From Pecten maximus (Eukaryota): 64,000 nucleotides of DNA. The stretch's first letter is position 1; each line of letters starts with the position of its first letter. Below, in pieces: positions 11,335 to 23,800 of the stretch. Under the pieces are notes generated by a model that was not told the DNA's origin, ran no database searches, and was given only the letters and a program-made list of their open reading frames with translations. The stretch lies in assembly GCF_902652985.1 (NCBI RefSeq), contig NC_047015.1:40486001-40550000 (forward strand), given 5' to 3'. The translations under genes were made by a program, and so were the position numbers.

Positions 11335-14300
11335 ATGTTTGGAATATTCACCCGTCGTCGCCGACGTCAGAGGATTGTGTGTGTGGTTGTCGCCGTCCTG
11401 TTCATCGTCCTGTGTGGTTGGTTTGGTTTTTGACCGTTATTTTTCAGAAAAAAGCACGACAGTTTCACAGTTGATTATAACAAAAACAGTCTGTAAAGGT
11501 ATTAAGTATTTCTTGGTTAGCCGTGGCAACCAATTGGCATGTCTTTGATAATAACAACATACAACACTAGTTCGCCTTTAAGACATTTGAAAGACTATCT
11601 TTGATAATGTCTTTACTGATCTCTAACGGTATACAAGCTACACTGCAAGATATTAGCACCCATTCAATACAAATTCAGTTAGATATAGTGCGAAAAAAAA
11701 ACATAAAACATGCAGGTGGCGAAAGTATGGGAAATAATCTTACCACCAGCGTCAACCACCTGCAAATTCAAAGATTGATAATAAGAAGAAACCATATCAT
11801 GATTTAGTACATTGTTCATGATCCAACACTATTGCCTTCGTAGTATTTCAATTATTAATATTATGAAAAGGCTTTCGAAACCATCCAATGAAAAACAACA
11901 ACAAAATAGGAATTTATTAAATTTCAGTTGGAAGCACTGTCCCTGCTATGTTCTAGCCTGTTGATTGCCCCTTATTTCCCTTCCCAGACTTTGGACCTAT
12001 AGTATCTCTGTTACGTCTTTGAAAGACGAAACATCTGTATGGCGCTGTTCTATATTGCTAAAGAGTGATCAATATTGGCTGGCCTAACTTGTGTCGCAAC
12101 TGTTGTAAAAATAAAGTTTCCTTTTATTTTTATTTTTTATATGGCTAATAGGACATATACTTTATTTGTCATAAGTTTCATTTACAAAGGTGCTCCTCAC
12201 ATATGTATCTTTCCAATCCTATGTGATCTCAATCTTACTGTAAATTCTTTTCTATTGAAACTGTTTCGAACTTTCAATGTCCAAGTGTACATGTTTACTT
12301 CCAGAGGTATCGATAGAAAACACAGATGGTCACTTGGGCGTCCACGTTCACCTACGTTTTAGACAGAGCCCTGAAACACAGTCGGTAAGTATAATAGCCT
12401 TTAAGGTTATTAATAATGATTTTGATAGATATCTGTATATCTGTGTATCTGTATCATTGAAGTTGTCATATCAATCAGAGATTGAAATAATTAATGATAT
12501 GCTGAGTCACTAGGTATATTTTACAAACTTTGTTTGTATTTTCTCGAGTCACTAGGTATATTTTGCAAACTTTGTTTGTATTTTCTCTCATAACGTTACT
12601 GTAAATCACCAGAAGTAGCTGAATAACCGAATGGGTAGCTACTAGAGTCATTGACACCGCAAGACTCGTATATCGGTACCTGATAGCTTAGCCGCCATCC
12701 ACAGGTGTTATTCTCGTAAAAATAATCGCGAAAGATTTGAATTCGCGATTGACTCTCCTCGCGTATTAATATGAAAATAAATCCCACGCAAAATATAAGT
12801 AATTTACAGTATTTGAAATAGCAAAAAACAAATGATGTGGCGTCGACGTTAATCGATACCAACTTCCTTCTAAAACGGATGCGGATCCAGGTGTTCAGGG
12901 AGAGAAAGCGTCGCCATACCGCATGTTGTACCACTGGTGTGTACTCTTATATGTTATTATTTTATAAAACGAGTCAGGCACCTGTGGTTGAACATGTCTT
13001 TTGTATCTAGATATATCTTTTTTTGCCACCGGTTTCCTGTTGGTGTCTTTGAGGACATGGGAGCTAAGGACCAAACGTGTTGAAATCTCGAAGGAATGTC
13101 GGGGAAAATGAAGCGCTTGAACTGCACGATTTAAATGAATTTAATATATATTCGGGATATTGGACAATTTTCAAAAGAACAAGAAATAATGTAATTATAT
13201 ATATATATATATATTTCTGAACTGGGGTGTGTACTATACTTCTTCCATACTTCTTGTAGGATCATTCCGACACTCTGGTAAAATGCTAAAGTGAATACTT
13301 GTCTGCTGTTAATACAGGTAGACACATCCACTAGGATCAAAGTCGGCAAGAGTAGATCTCGATGGCGTAAGCAGATAGACGAACGATATCGACGATTATG
13401 GCGTGCGTGTACGACCAAGCCAGCAGACGGTCGAGATTCAAACTTTACTCCACTAAACCTACGTCACTTCCAGTACAACCACAAACACAGGATGTTCTAC
13501 TGTGGCGTTGAGAAAAGTGGCTCTACATTTTGGCGTCGACTTCTTCAACAAATAGACAAAGGCGTTATCATTAGCCCATACAACATTAGGCCCGAAAACG
13601 GATTGCTAAATTACAGAAACCTTGTAAATGAAACATTAGATGAATTGGATGACATTTTAAAGTTTTCTGTCAAGTTCATGGTTGTCAGAGACCCATATAC
13701 TAGATTACTTTCTGGATATATAGACAAGTTATTCTCGCCTAATGTTTATTTCTGGGACTCTATAGGGGAACACATCGTACGGATGGTCCGACCTAACGCT
13801 ACTATGAAGAGTAAAACTTGTGGACATGATGTGACGTTTTTAGAATTTGTTAAATATGTCATCAAATCTCAGACGACAGGTGAGAAAAAAGACAGCCACT
13901 TTATGCCGGCGTTTGAGATATGCAATCCATGTAAAGTTAAATTCGACATTATAAGTCATATGGAGACATTTAAATATGATGTGAGGTACATTCTAGAAAC
14001 TTTCAACCTTCGGTCGTACTTGAGCGTTATAGACGGTTCGTCATATAACATGATAAATGATACTATATATGATATTGCACAAGCTTTTGTGTCAATGAGA
14101 ACAGACATAAGAAGATGTGTGGATGTTCACACTGCACTTTTGAGAATTTGGAAAAAGCTGCAAATCAAAGGCATTGTCAGTTTAGATACACCATGTCCCT
14201 TTACAAAAGCTGAAGTGTTTGATTTGACACTAGATTCAATGATAAGTGTCATCAGAAAAGCTTTCGATTCAGCTTCACTTAATGCATTGAAATCACAAAG

Positions 14301-14442
14301 GAAGTCCTTGTTTTTGCAGTATTATAGCCAGATACCATTAGATGTACTACGTAAGCTAGCGTATGTGTTTCAGAATGATTTTGACTACTTTGGATACGAG
14401 CAGTATCCAAAAGTCTTGTTTAAACGAGCTGGCACTGAATAA
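11335..14442 (+). CDS. Golgi carbohydrate sulfotransferase, Sulfotransfer_2 family (CHST8-14/HNK-1ST-like)
   Basis: Exon 11335-11498 encodes a type II membrane N-terminus (MFGIFTRRRRRQR-IVCVVVAVLFIVLCGWFGF) and needs one T removed from the run at ~11427-11431. Exon 12305-12384 follows. The large last exon (acceptor at 13317, or at 13259 with a further indel) runs to 14442 and has the 5'PSB motif CGVEKSGSTFW and the 3'PB motif VRDPYTRLLSGYIDK. Confidence 0.88.
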
Positions 14443-16393
14443 ATGATTGGTTAAAGCATATTATCGAACCTTTACCTCTTGTAAGTACCTTCCACAGTTT
14501 GTCGATCTCGAATACCTGCTAAGATTCAAAAGTTTTAAGAATCAGTATGTCTCTAAGTCTGTCCGTAATGAAAAATAAAAGATAAATGAAATTGTATTCA
14601 TTTGAATTTTCCCTTAATATATATCCATTCCAATGAAAGGGCGAGGAAATCTTAAAATCTATATCATAACAGTTCCGTTGGGTTCCAGTCAGCATCATAA
14701 TATTCTTACTTGGAACTGATAGAGATTCCGAAAAGTAAAGAAAGTCCACACGGAGGGCTGTGAGTGATTTTAATGATACACCACCACCCCCTCCCCTCCC
14801 CTTCAAATACGAGAATAATCAGTCTGCCGTGTTACTGTATCGTATGGACTGCATTCCTTGTTATTGACTATCAAGATAATACAGTTATTTTCGTTCTTAG
14901 TAATTGTTTATGGTTATTGTCTTACCTGGCCCAAAGGAACAAGATGATCCTATGTCGTAACGCAGTGTCTTTCTCTTTTAACGACACCTAAAACATTACT
15001 AACAATATTTCTCATCCTGACTGAGAGACTATAACTCAATCCGTCGTCTGGCTCTTTCTGTCTCAGAACAAAAACGGTTAAGATCCCTACTTTAATATGG
15101 TTTAGCTAATATAAAGAGAAATACAATCCTGTTATATGGATTTCAAATGGAACCTATTTTCATTATAACCTGTAATGGAAACATTTGTCGTAATTACATG
15201 AATCCAAGCGAGCAGTAAGGCTCCTTTGGCCTTGGATATAGAACAATGCACATTCAATTATTGTCTCTGGCTCTTGGGACAGTCCATGTAATGCCTATTG
15301 GATTAATGTCCCTCGATTTTATATCTTTTTGCGTCTCATTGTCAGGATAATGCGTCAGGACTAGATTCCACGCCATCCTGCCATCTTAGATCGTACCTTC
15401 TAACCAATAAACAAAGTTCTCATTAAATTATTATAATTTTCAAAAGAAATTCTTTGAAGTCCTACACAAACATGAACGTTAATACAATTGATATTCCTTA
15501 AACAATTTGTATATATTTAATGTTATTTTCAGATGATATTTTTTATGATCACATACTGCTATTATTATGTTATTGAATTAAAACCCTATTCCACCCTACT
15601 CGGCACCACTTGACGACCCCCTATATTAAGATACCTGTGTATTAAGACGCTTTTTGCTTGGTCCAATGATGTGTCTCATTAGACAAGTACTTTATGTTAA
15701 ACTAACGTGAATTTCATGTATTGACATAAACTAACGTGAATTTCATGTATTGACATAAACTAATGTGAATTTCAAGTATTAACATAGAGTAACTATGTTC
15801 CTTTTGATTCATTTATCATTGTGGATCCTCCTATTATGTTCTATAACTGGATGCATCGTCAGTTACTGGATATTAAGTGTGTTTATGTGACAGGTTTTAT
15901 AGGCTTCAGACAATAGATAATACAAGACTGTTTTTTTATTATGATATTGAATAAAAGCACGAAGAGCCATTCATCGGTCGTTATACCTTGGTATTTATAT
16001 ATAAATGTATTAAATGTGAGAGTACAATAACTAACCTTTAATGCTCAAATGAAATAAACACTAGCGTTTATTTATCTATTAGTATAAAAACATAGGTTCG
16101 CCTTGATCAAGGGCGCTAACTCGCCTGAGCTTATAATTCATAATGTAGCTGTATAAAGTATTCCTGTCACGTCATCTTCAGCAAAAAAAAATCTTAAACC
16201 CATGACTAACCCAAACAGATTTAACAAAAACTGTATTGTGTTATGATTAAAAAATATTTGGTAGGTGTAGACACCAACCCCTAATTTGGTTTATATATAC
16301 TTTTCTCAATAACAAAGCATCTACCCAACATTAGGAATAAATAGAAATCAATTTAAATCTTTTAACTAATACGTGTATAGATATATATATCTA

Positions 16394-16827
16394 TTTTTTG
16401 TGTCGCCTTGAAAAGGTGGCATATAAGTATTACTATGTCGGCGGCGGCGGCGGCGGCGTCGTCCGCACAATGGTTTCCTTCCAATAACTTGAGTTCCCTT
16501 TGGCCAATCAAACTCAAACTTCATACAGTGCTTGCTTGGGATTGCTTTTTTAGGTTCAAGGGTCAAAGGTCAAGGTCACTGTTACAATAAATAGAAAATT
16601 GGTTTCCGTGCAATAACTTGAGTTCCCTTTGGCCAATCAAACTCAAACTTCATACAGTGCTTACTTACCAAAAGTGCTTGCTTGGGATTGCTTTTCAGGT
16701 TCAAAGGTCAAGGTCACTGTTACTATTAATAGAAAATTGGTTTCCGTGCAATAACTTGAGTTCCTTTTGGCCAATCAAACTCAAACTTCATACAGTGCTT
16801 CCTTACCAAAAGTTCTTGCTTGGGAAA
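16394..16827 (+). mobile_element. pearl/HINE-like element fragment with a (GGC)n tract and ~130-bp tandem cores
   Basis: TTTTTTGTGTCGCC head, (GGC)n at ~16438-16458, and three copies of GGTTTCC..CAATAACTTGAGTTCC..TGGCCAATCAAACTCAAACTTCATACAGTGCTT. Confidence 0.6.
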
Positions 16828-17578
16828 AGGTCTTACTACAGGCATCACAAACCAGTATAGATAGCACTATGATGACATGTTCGGGGTAAGAAGTTCTGTA
16901 CATAAATGTAGGTAAATGTTTTTGCAATCAATAAATGTTATCAACGACTTCACTCATCATGTCTACAAAACCTCTTAGATCCACCACTCCAATTGATGTG
17001 TATACATAACGTCTTTAGAATTAGGACTAGGGTTAAATGTTAGTCATCAGATGAGTTGGCAACAGGTGAGATATTCATAACACTGGTTTAAGAATAATCA
17101 CTGCAATAATAATTAATTCACACAGGGTTTTGTGCAAAGATTGCATTTGATATCAATTTATTATTACTACTCAAATTAATTTAACACAGCATTTGTTGTT
17201 TTTCTGCTTATAAATGTTCACCAAGGGAAATAAAATCAGATCCTGAAAATTTTGTTTTTTACTTAAAACCGATGGATCTATATGTTTCCAATTTTTGTGA
17301 AAAAAGGCGCCATATAGGTATTACTATCATTCGTGAGTTCATTCATTGCATGGGAATCGATCCGGCAAATCATACAAATTATACTTGGAATAGATACAAT
17401 GAATATCCAAGCTGTTTTGTTTTTTTTTAGCTTGCTGTGCAGGCGACACATCAACTTTCGTGGAATTCTTGTATAACAGACCCGATATATATCAATATGC
17501 TATGTTTTGTTTGTATATATATATATATAATATGTATCTTTATGTTTATATATGTTTGAGGAACGTGTATGACTACGC

Positions 17579-17807
17579 GGTCGCGGTGGCCGAGTGGTTA
17601 AGGTGACCCGACACTTCATCACTAGCCTTCCACCTCTGGGTTGCGAGTTCGAAACCTACGTGGGGCACTTGCCAGGTACTGACCGTAGGCCGGTGGTTTT
17701 TCTCCGGGTACTCCGGCTTTCCTGCACCTCCAAACATGGCACGTCCTTAGATGACCCTGGCTGTTAATAGGACGTTAAACAAAAATAAACCAAATAAACT
17801 AAACCAA
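17579..17807 (+). mobile_element. Full-length tRNA-derived SINE (V-SINE-like central domain) with 12-bp TSD
   Basis: A box TGGCCGAGTGG, B box GAGTTCGAAAC, central TTTCTCCGGGTACTCCGGCTTTCCT and an AAAC-rich tail. TSD GTATGACTACGC at 17567-17578 and 17808-17819. Confidence 0.9.
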
Positions 17808-18696
17808 GTATGACTACGCTCCTGCTTCACAAAATGAAAAAGAAATCGTTAAAAAAAACAACAGAAAATGTTCGAGCAGAATTCTGATTGGAAACAATTG
17901 TTATGATATTTGATCTCTAAGGATTTTTCTTGCAATAACTAAAACCTTGTCCTAGAACGAACATGAAATTAAGGATATAATTGGCATTAATCAAATTTGG
18001 TTACTGTGACCTACTTTTTTGACTATTGTTGGGTTTTTTTGTGGGTTTTTTTTCAATTGGTCTTAATATCAACATATCAATGCATCATAATTATGAAGAA
18101 ATATTCCAGAAATATCATTAAGTTTCGTTAACAATTGGCCAATCAGGAAATTGACCCTCCACTTTACCCCCTCATAACTCGAAATGGCCTCTGACCTGAC
18201 CTCGATTTCATGTCATATCATGGCCACCTAACCTCAAGTTATTTACTTCCCTGTGACAGCCACCAGAGGGCCCAAGTTGGCACTCTTCCGTTTAGGTCAT
18301 GTTACAATATATGGTCAGAGAAAATAGTACACCTGAGAAATCAAAGTTTATATTTCGTTTCAAATGCAAAAAGTATAATACATCAGGCAAAGTCTATATA
18401 TACCTTTTCTATATATCTTTAATATGATACAAACATTGGAGTTATCAAACAAATATATATAAGAGTTATGTTTAATCAAATATCTAAATATAATATGTAA
18501 ATAATTTTGGTATATACACATGTAGTGTAATACAATGTATTTATTTTTTTCATAACATTCATGACATCCACAAAGTATCGTGTTTATATCAAAGTTGTCA
18601 TAGGTAAGGTTTGGGTTTATATCAAAGTTGTCATGGGTAAGGTTTTTGGTTTATATTAAAGTGGTCATGAGGTAATGTTTTTGTTTATATAAAAGT

Positions 18697-18904
18697 GCCG
18701 CGGTGGCCGAGTGGTTAAGGTGTCCCGACATTTTATCACTAGCCCTCCACCTCTGAGTCCGAAACCTACGTGGGGCAGTTGCCAGGTACTGACCGTAGGC
18801 CGGTGGTTTTTCTCCAGGTACTCCGGCTTTCCTCCACCTCCAAAACCTGGCACGTCCTTAAATGACCCTGGCTGTTAATAGGACGTTAAACAAAAACAAA
18901 CCAA
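18697..18904 (+). mobile_element. Same SINE family, inserted into a ~32-bp minisatellite
   Basis: Near-identical to the 17579 copy with a small B-box deletion. TSD TTATATAAAAGT(GC) at 18685 and 18905. The host repeat GTTTATATCAAAGTTGTCAT spans 18582-18935. Confidence 0.9.
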
Positions 18905-20885
18905 TTATATAAAAGTGCTCATGGGTAATGTTTGGTTAAACAGCTGATATCTAAGTATTAATCGTGAATGGTTGAATAGTAGACATAAAAAATAGTGTTC
19001 CGCAGTTTCTTCACCGAGGTTGCAAGTTCTTATTGGAGAATCCAAGTTTATATTTGGAGAAGGTCATACAAATTCTAAATTGTTGTGATATGAGAGTTGG
19101 ACCAATCATGGGTGTGATACCGATCCTTTAAATAACTATACCTCAATACCTTTGGTACCTTTTTAATGTAGTAATCTTGTATCCCAGATTGGTAATATAT
19201 ATGTATGCTTCAGTGACATTTTTCAAACTAGTTGCATGTGATGTTGCACAATCTGCATTCACCCCGAGATTGGTACAAAATATATTTATATGGAATTGAT
19301 GTAGAGAGAATATTTTGCTCAGAACCTTTAGATTTCAGAGGTGACAAAGTAACAACCACAAAATATTCATGTTCAAGTTGTGTCAACATAGAAATACGTT
19401 AACCATGCTTCTTGAAATGATGTTTAATTATTACACGATGTTCAGTATTATATGGCTGGTGTGTTTATCGAAATGCAGAATTTATATTGAATCCACTGTC
19501 GAACATTGACAAGTTGGTCCGATGTTATCCAAGGTAGTTTTGTCTTAATTGTGTATACGTACATTTGAACTCATTTCTCGAAGTCAGTGGGGTCATGAAA
19601 AAAAACTATATATCCCGAATATTCGAGGGAACCGAACTTTATATAGAATTTTTACCCTCATGTCTGAATCTTTACTTCGAGTTATCAGAGTTCGATATCA
19701 CTAAATTTGACTCTACAACTCTTCAAGAAAAAATCTAGAATAGTTCAAGGGAATTAATGATGTATGTATGTTGTGTTCTGAGGTCTTGCGGACTATATTT
19801 TATTCAGACGGGTAACTGCGACAGAGCACTACTCGACACTTTAGTTTCACCCTCAGCTCTATTGATCCTCGGTTTCTATTTTTTCATTTCGTATCTGTCG
19901 ACTTTGAGTTATGTTTTTTTGTCTTTGTGTTTGACATTCCCAAGGATACTCATCGTTACCTTTTATGAATGTTACCTATCGTTTTATGATGATTAAGCAA
20001 TGTAGCAACTTATAAGATATTTTAATGGGTAATTTAACAGCTTTAGTTGTGACGATTGATGTTTTGTACAACTGATGTTAAATTTCCTTCCTAAAATCTA
20101 ACACGATCTGTGTCAAACTGTTGGCCACATGGTTTATAATTAAACTGAACGTGTAACAAAACTGTCTGTCCCAAACAATATGAACACTAATACTTACCTA
20201 TGACATCAATAAGATTTGTTACTAAATAAATATGATATTGTTATCTGCACTAATATTAATCTACCCAAAAAAACAGCAAAATGAAATGTCATTGCTTTCT
20301 TTGTGTAAACGATAGGTCTTCTCTGCAAAAAATGAAGTAAAGTGTATGGTTGATTTGTTCGGTTTCACTGACCCCTAAAGATAAAACTGCATGATCACAC
20401 CTCAAGCTAATTATATCAAGGTTGATGAGATGTTAAAACGGTCGTACTGTCACCTGGTACTTTCAGCATATCTAAGCCTGCTGCTTCTTTATTCGAGGGA
20501 GCGATTCTCTACGCAAAGGCGGACACGCCAGCCAGACATGCCCCAACATTCAAACAGCTAGTTCACTTTGTCTAGTCGAACTGATTCTCAAGGGATTAAA
20601 TACACAGCCTTTATCCCACGTGGCAGTATGTATTTCAGTGGTATTTTTTGAGTGCATTGAGTCGGTAAATCAGTGTGAACGATACCTTGTAAAGATTAGG
20701 AGGCACGGTGGACAGAGACGACAATGTGATTGGCGGTCCTCTTGTCAATGTAATAAATTAACCTAGAATCTCCTCGGGGCTGCCCCTTCGTGTTGAAATA
20801 GGGCTAGTTATGCTGGACTAATTATTATGGGATTATTCGCCGAGCACTCATCCAAGTTCCTCCTCTGCAGTACAAAGTGGTGACC

Positions 20886-23800
20886 ATGAGGCCACCGGAC
20901 CTTTCCCGGGTCCCTGTCTTCCTCATCTCCAGCCTCTGTCTCTTCTCACACGTCACTTCATGGTAGGTCTAAACTACATATCGACTAAGGTGATCGCGAT
21001 TCGTTAGCTTCATAAAGTCTCTTTTCGAAAATGTTGTTTTAAGTTAAAACTTTACCTTTGTTTGATTAACTTATTTTGTAGTTTTCAGATAAGATGTGAT
21101 ATTCGAATTTGATAAACATTTCCATGTCAGTCAATTACTATAAAAGGGAAGCTGTCCTATCCCGGACACTTTTGGTCGATACGATATATGATTCATGTTC
21201 ACAATTCTTGAAATGTTTCCTATTTATATGTCGTCTTTAGGTTTCATCTGTAAATACTTTGTATTATTTAATTGTAATGAGTAACTCTTCTTGTGTAGAG
21301 AGTGTATGTGTTTTGGTTTTAATGTTATTCTCATGGATATAAATCATTCCATTATCTTTTATTAGTCTAAAAAGTATAACCTTTTAAAACAAAATATTTC
21401 TAAACAATACGTAACTTTTATAACAATCTTTCTGAAAAGTATATATCATAACCTTAGATAACTAAAGCAATTTCAGTTAATCATTAGTTTTGTCTGTCAG
21501 TAAACTGTGATGTTCATTTCGTGTAATACATTTCATATATTATGTTTCATCATGTGTTGTCCACGTATACTTGTCATAACAAATTATCAGTAAATAAAAT
21601 TGTATAATCATAATTTTAATTATTGATTACCTATATGTTACATCAAGTTTTGGTGTGCCCTTCTGGCTATGATGCTTCGTATTCGTCGATAAGTCGATAT
21701 TATTATTTAATAAAGATATTATCTAAGTCAGGAAGTCTTTTTGGATATTAAATCATATTACCGGATCGAAAATTAATGAAAAAGCAATCGAACATATGTA
21801 GTGATGTTATTACTGTTATAAACGTAATCAAATTAAAAGAGTTTTGTTAGGAAACAAATATTTCGTATTCGTTTGAAATCGAATGAAAATGTCTTCCTAT
21901 ATATCAGTTTTTATCGCCGTTTCTTTTACTCATTGCATACAGGAAAAATAAGTTAAAGTACATTCTATGAAGTAGCTTGAATTGGTTTTCAAATTATGTA
22001 CATTTGTATATCTATTCCTTGGTATTTAAGTTTTAATATCAAATTATCATCAGTATTAGATATCTCTTGCAAAATGAAAATTGTTTTTTAAACATTGGAA
22101 ATATTGCAAGAGTAGTCATGAAATATGTGTATCCAAAGTAAATACAGTTATAAAACTATTAAGGAGCCTAGGCAAAATATAATCGTCATATAGATTATTA
22201 AATGCTATATTATCGATGTTCGTTTGGATTTCTATTGCAAAATGATTAATTAGATTGTCCAGGAATAACCTATAATACTAACTCTTCTATCTAATAGTGT
22301 TATTGCGTTATTGACATGTTACTGTATCTAACAGAATTTGTTTTGAAATGTGATAATACCTTATGTGTGGTTTGTACAATCCTAGAACACAAAATCAAAG
22401 CTTTAAGAACCTATATAAATCTTTGGAATTATTTATTTAAAAAAACAGACATATCCTTCTTTGGTTCGGAATAAGAGCATGTGTAATATTGTTATTTGTA
22501 TATCTTTTTAAAGTATCATATTGCGCAAATGTTTCTTAAATATATTTTTTCTAAATATTAAGCATCTGTTAATGATTATTCTTCTTATCGTGTGTTTTTC
22601 TTTAAATTAATACTTTGATCATGTGCTGTGCATCAGGATTCTACTAATTATTGTTTTTCCTTTTCCTTCTGTTTTAGTACGAGATATCACGAGTCTTTCA
22701 TTTTATTTTGGTGTTTTGTTTCACTCTGATGCTCTTTATCTTTTCGTACTGAGATAGGGTTATTTCATGTGACACTTTGATGTGTATTTGTTTCTATTGT
22801 CTCTTAAACCAAAATTTTCTTTCACTCATTATGAATTTTTGTACTATGTACTTTTTCTATAGTATTTAAAAGTCGGACGCTTATGCCTACGTGATGTCTG
22901 TCAAATGTTTTCAATCTGTCAATCATACCAACAAAATAATAGGACATAGACACGTGATTTATTATAAATGTTACTAAAAATAACCAGCTGACAATTACTG
23001 TGCGTATTATGACGCTGTCAGTTCTGCTGTGTTTGTGTAACGATCTCTTTAACGTAACAATGCGAGACAATAAAAAAGGGGGCACTCAGGGTCTATGCCC
23101 ATGTACCCAGTCGACCCTTTACGTGCCCTCATATGATCGTCTCTAACTGACACCCATCCTATCTATTTACTATCAGTTTTATATCTTATACGGGATTATA
23201 TTTAACGTATGACCATAATTGCCTGATTTTATTTTTCAGGTCACTGAACAAAATTCTAATGACTGGCCCAAAGGCTAATCATTTGGTTGATAACTTCACC
23301 AGAAACAATAATCTATGGACTAAATACCAGGTAGGCATAGTTCTTTGGCCTCTTGGCCCGTATAGGTGGCGGAAATACCACCCCGTGTTTAGCACAATAA
23401 GTACATACTCATAAATCTGACAAGCTATGTATCTCCTTATCTAGTCATATTCATTCACAATGGACATATATGAATTATGTCATCAACCTCTGTGTATCCA
23501 TATCTATCTTGTCTCCAGTCTTGTCAACGTAGTAGAGGCGGCTAGGTTTCTTTGCCAGACCACAAAAGACGTACGGATGATTAGTACCGAGTCGTGAAAT
23601 AGCCGTAGAAAGTATAGATTGGACAGATTTTGTTTTAGATAGGTTATCAGACTTTTTTTGTGATTACTTCAGTTATTGATTATTTTTAGATGTGCTATTC
23701 ATTTGTATCCTTTTTCAATACATAGGGTATGTGTTGTTTGTGACGATTGAGAATCTTTGTTAATTAATAGTTTTAATGTCGATCCTTTTAAGGACAGATT

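Noticed and set aside
17579-17655. tRNA gene
   Set aside because: A and B boxes are present, but they are the head of a SINE with body, tail and TSDs.
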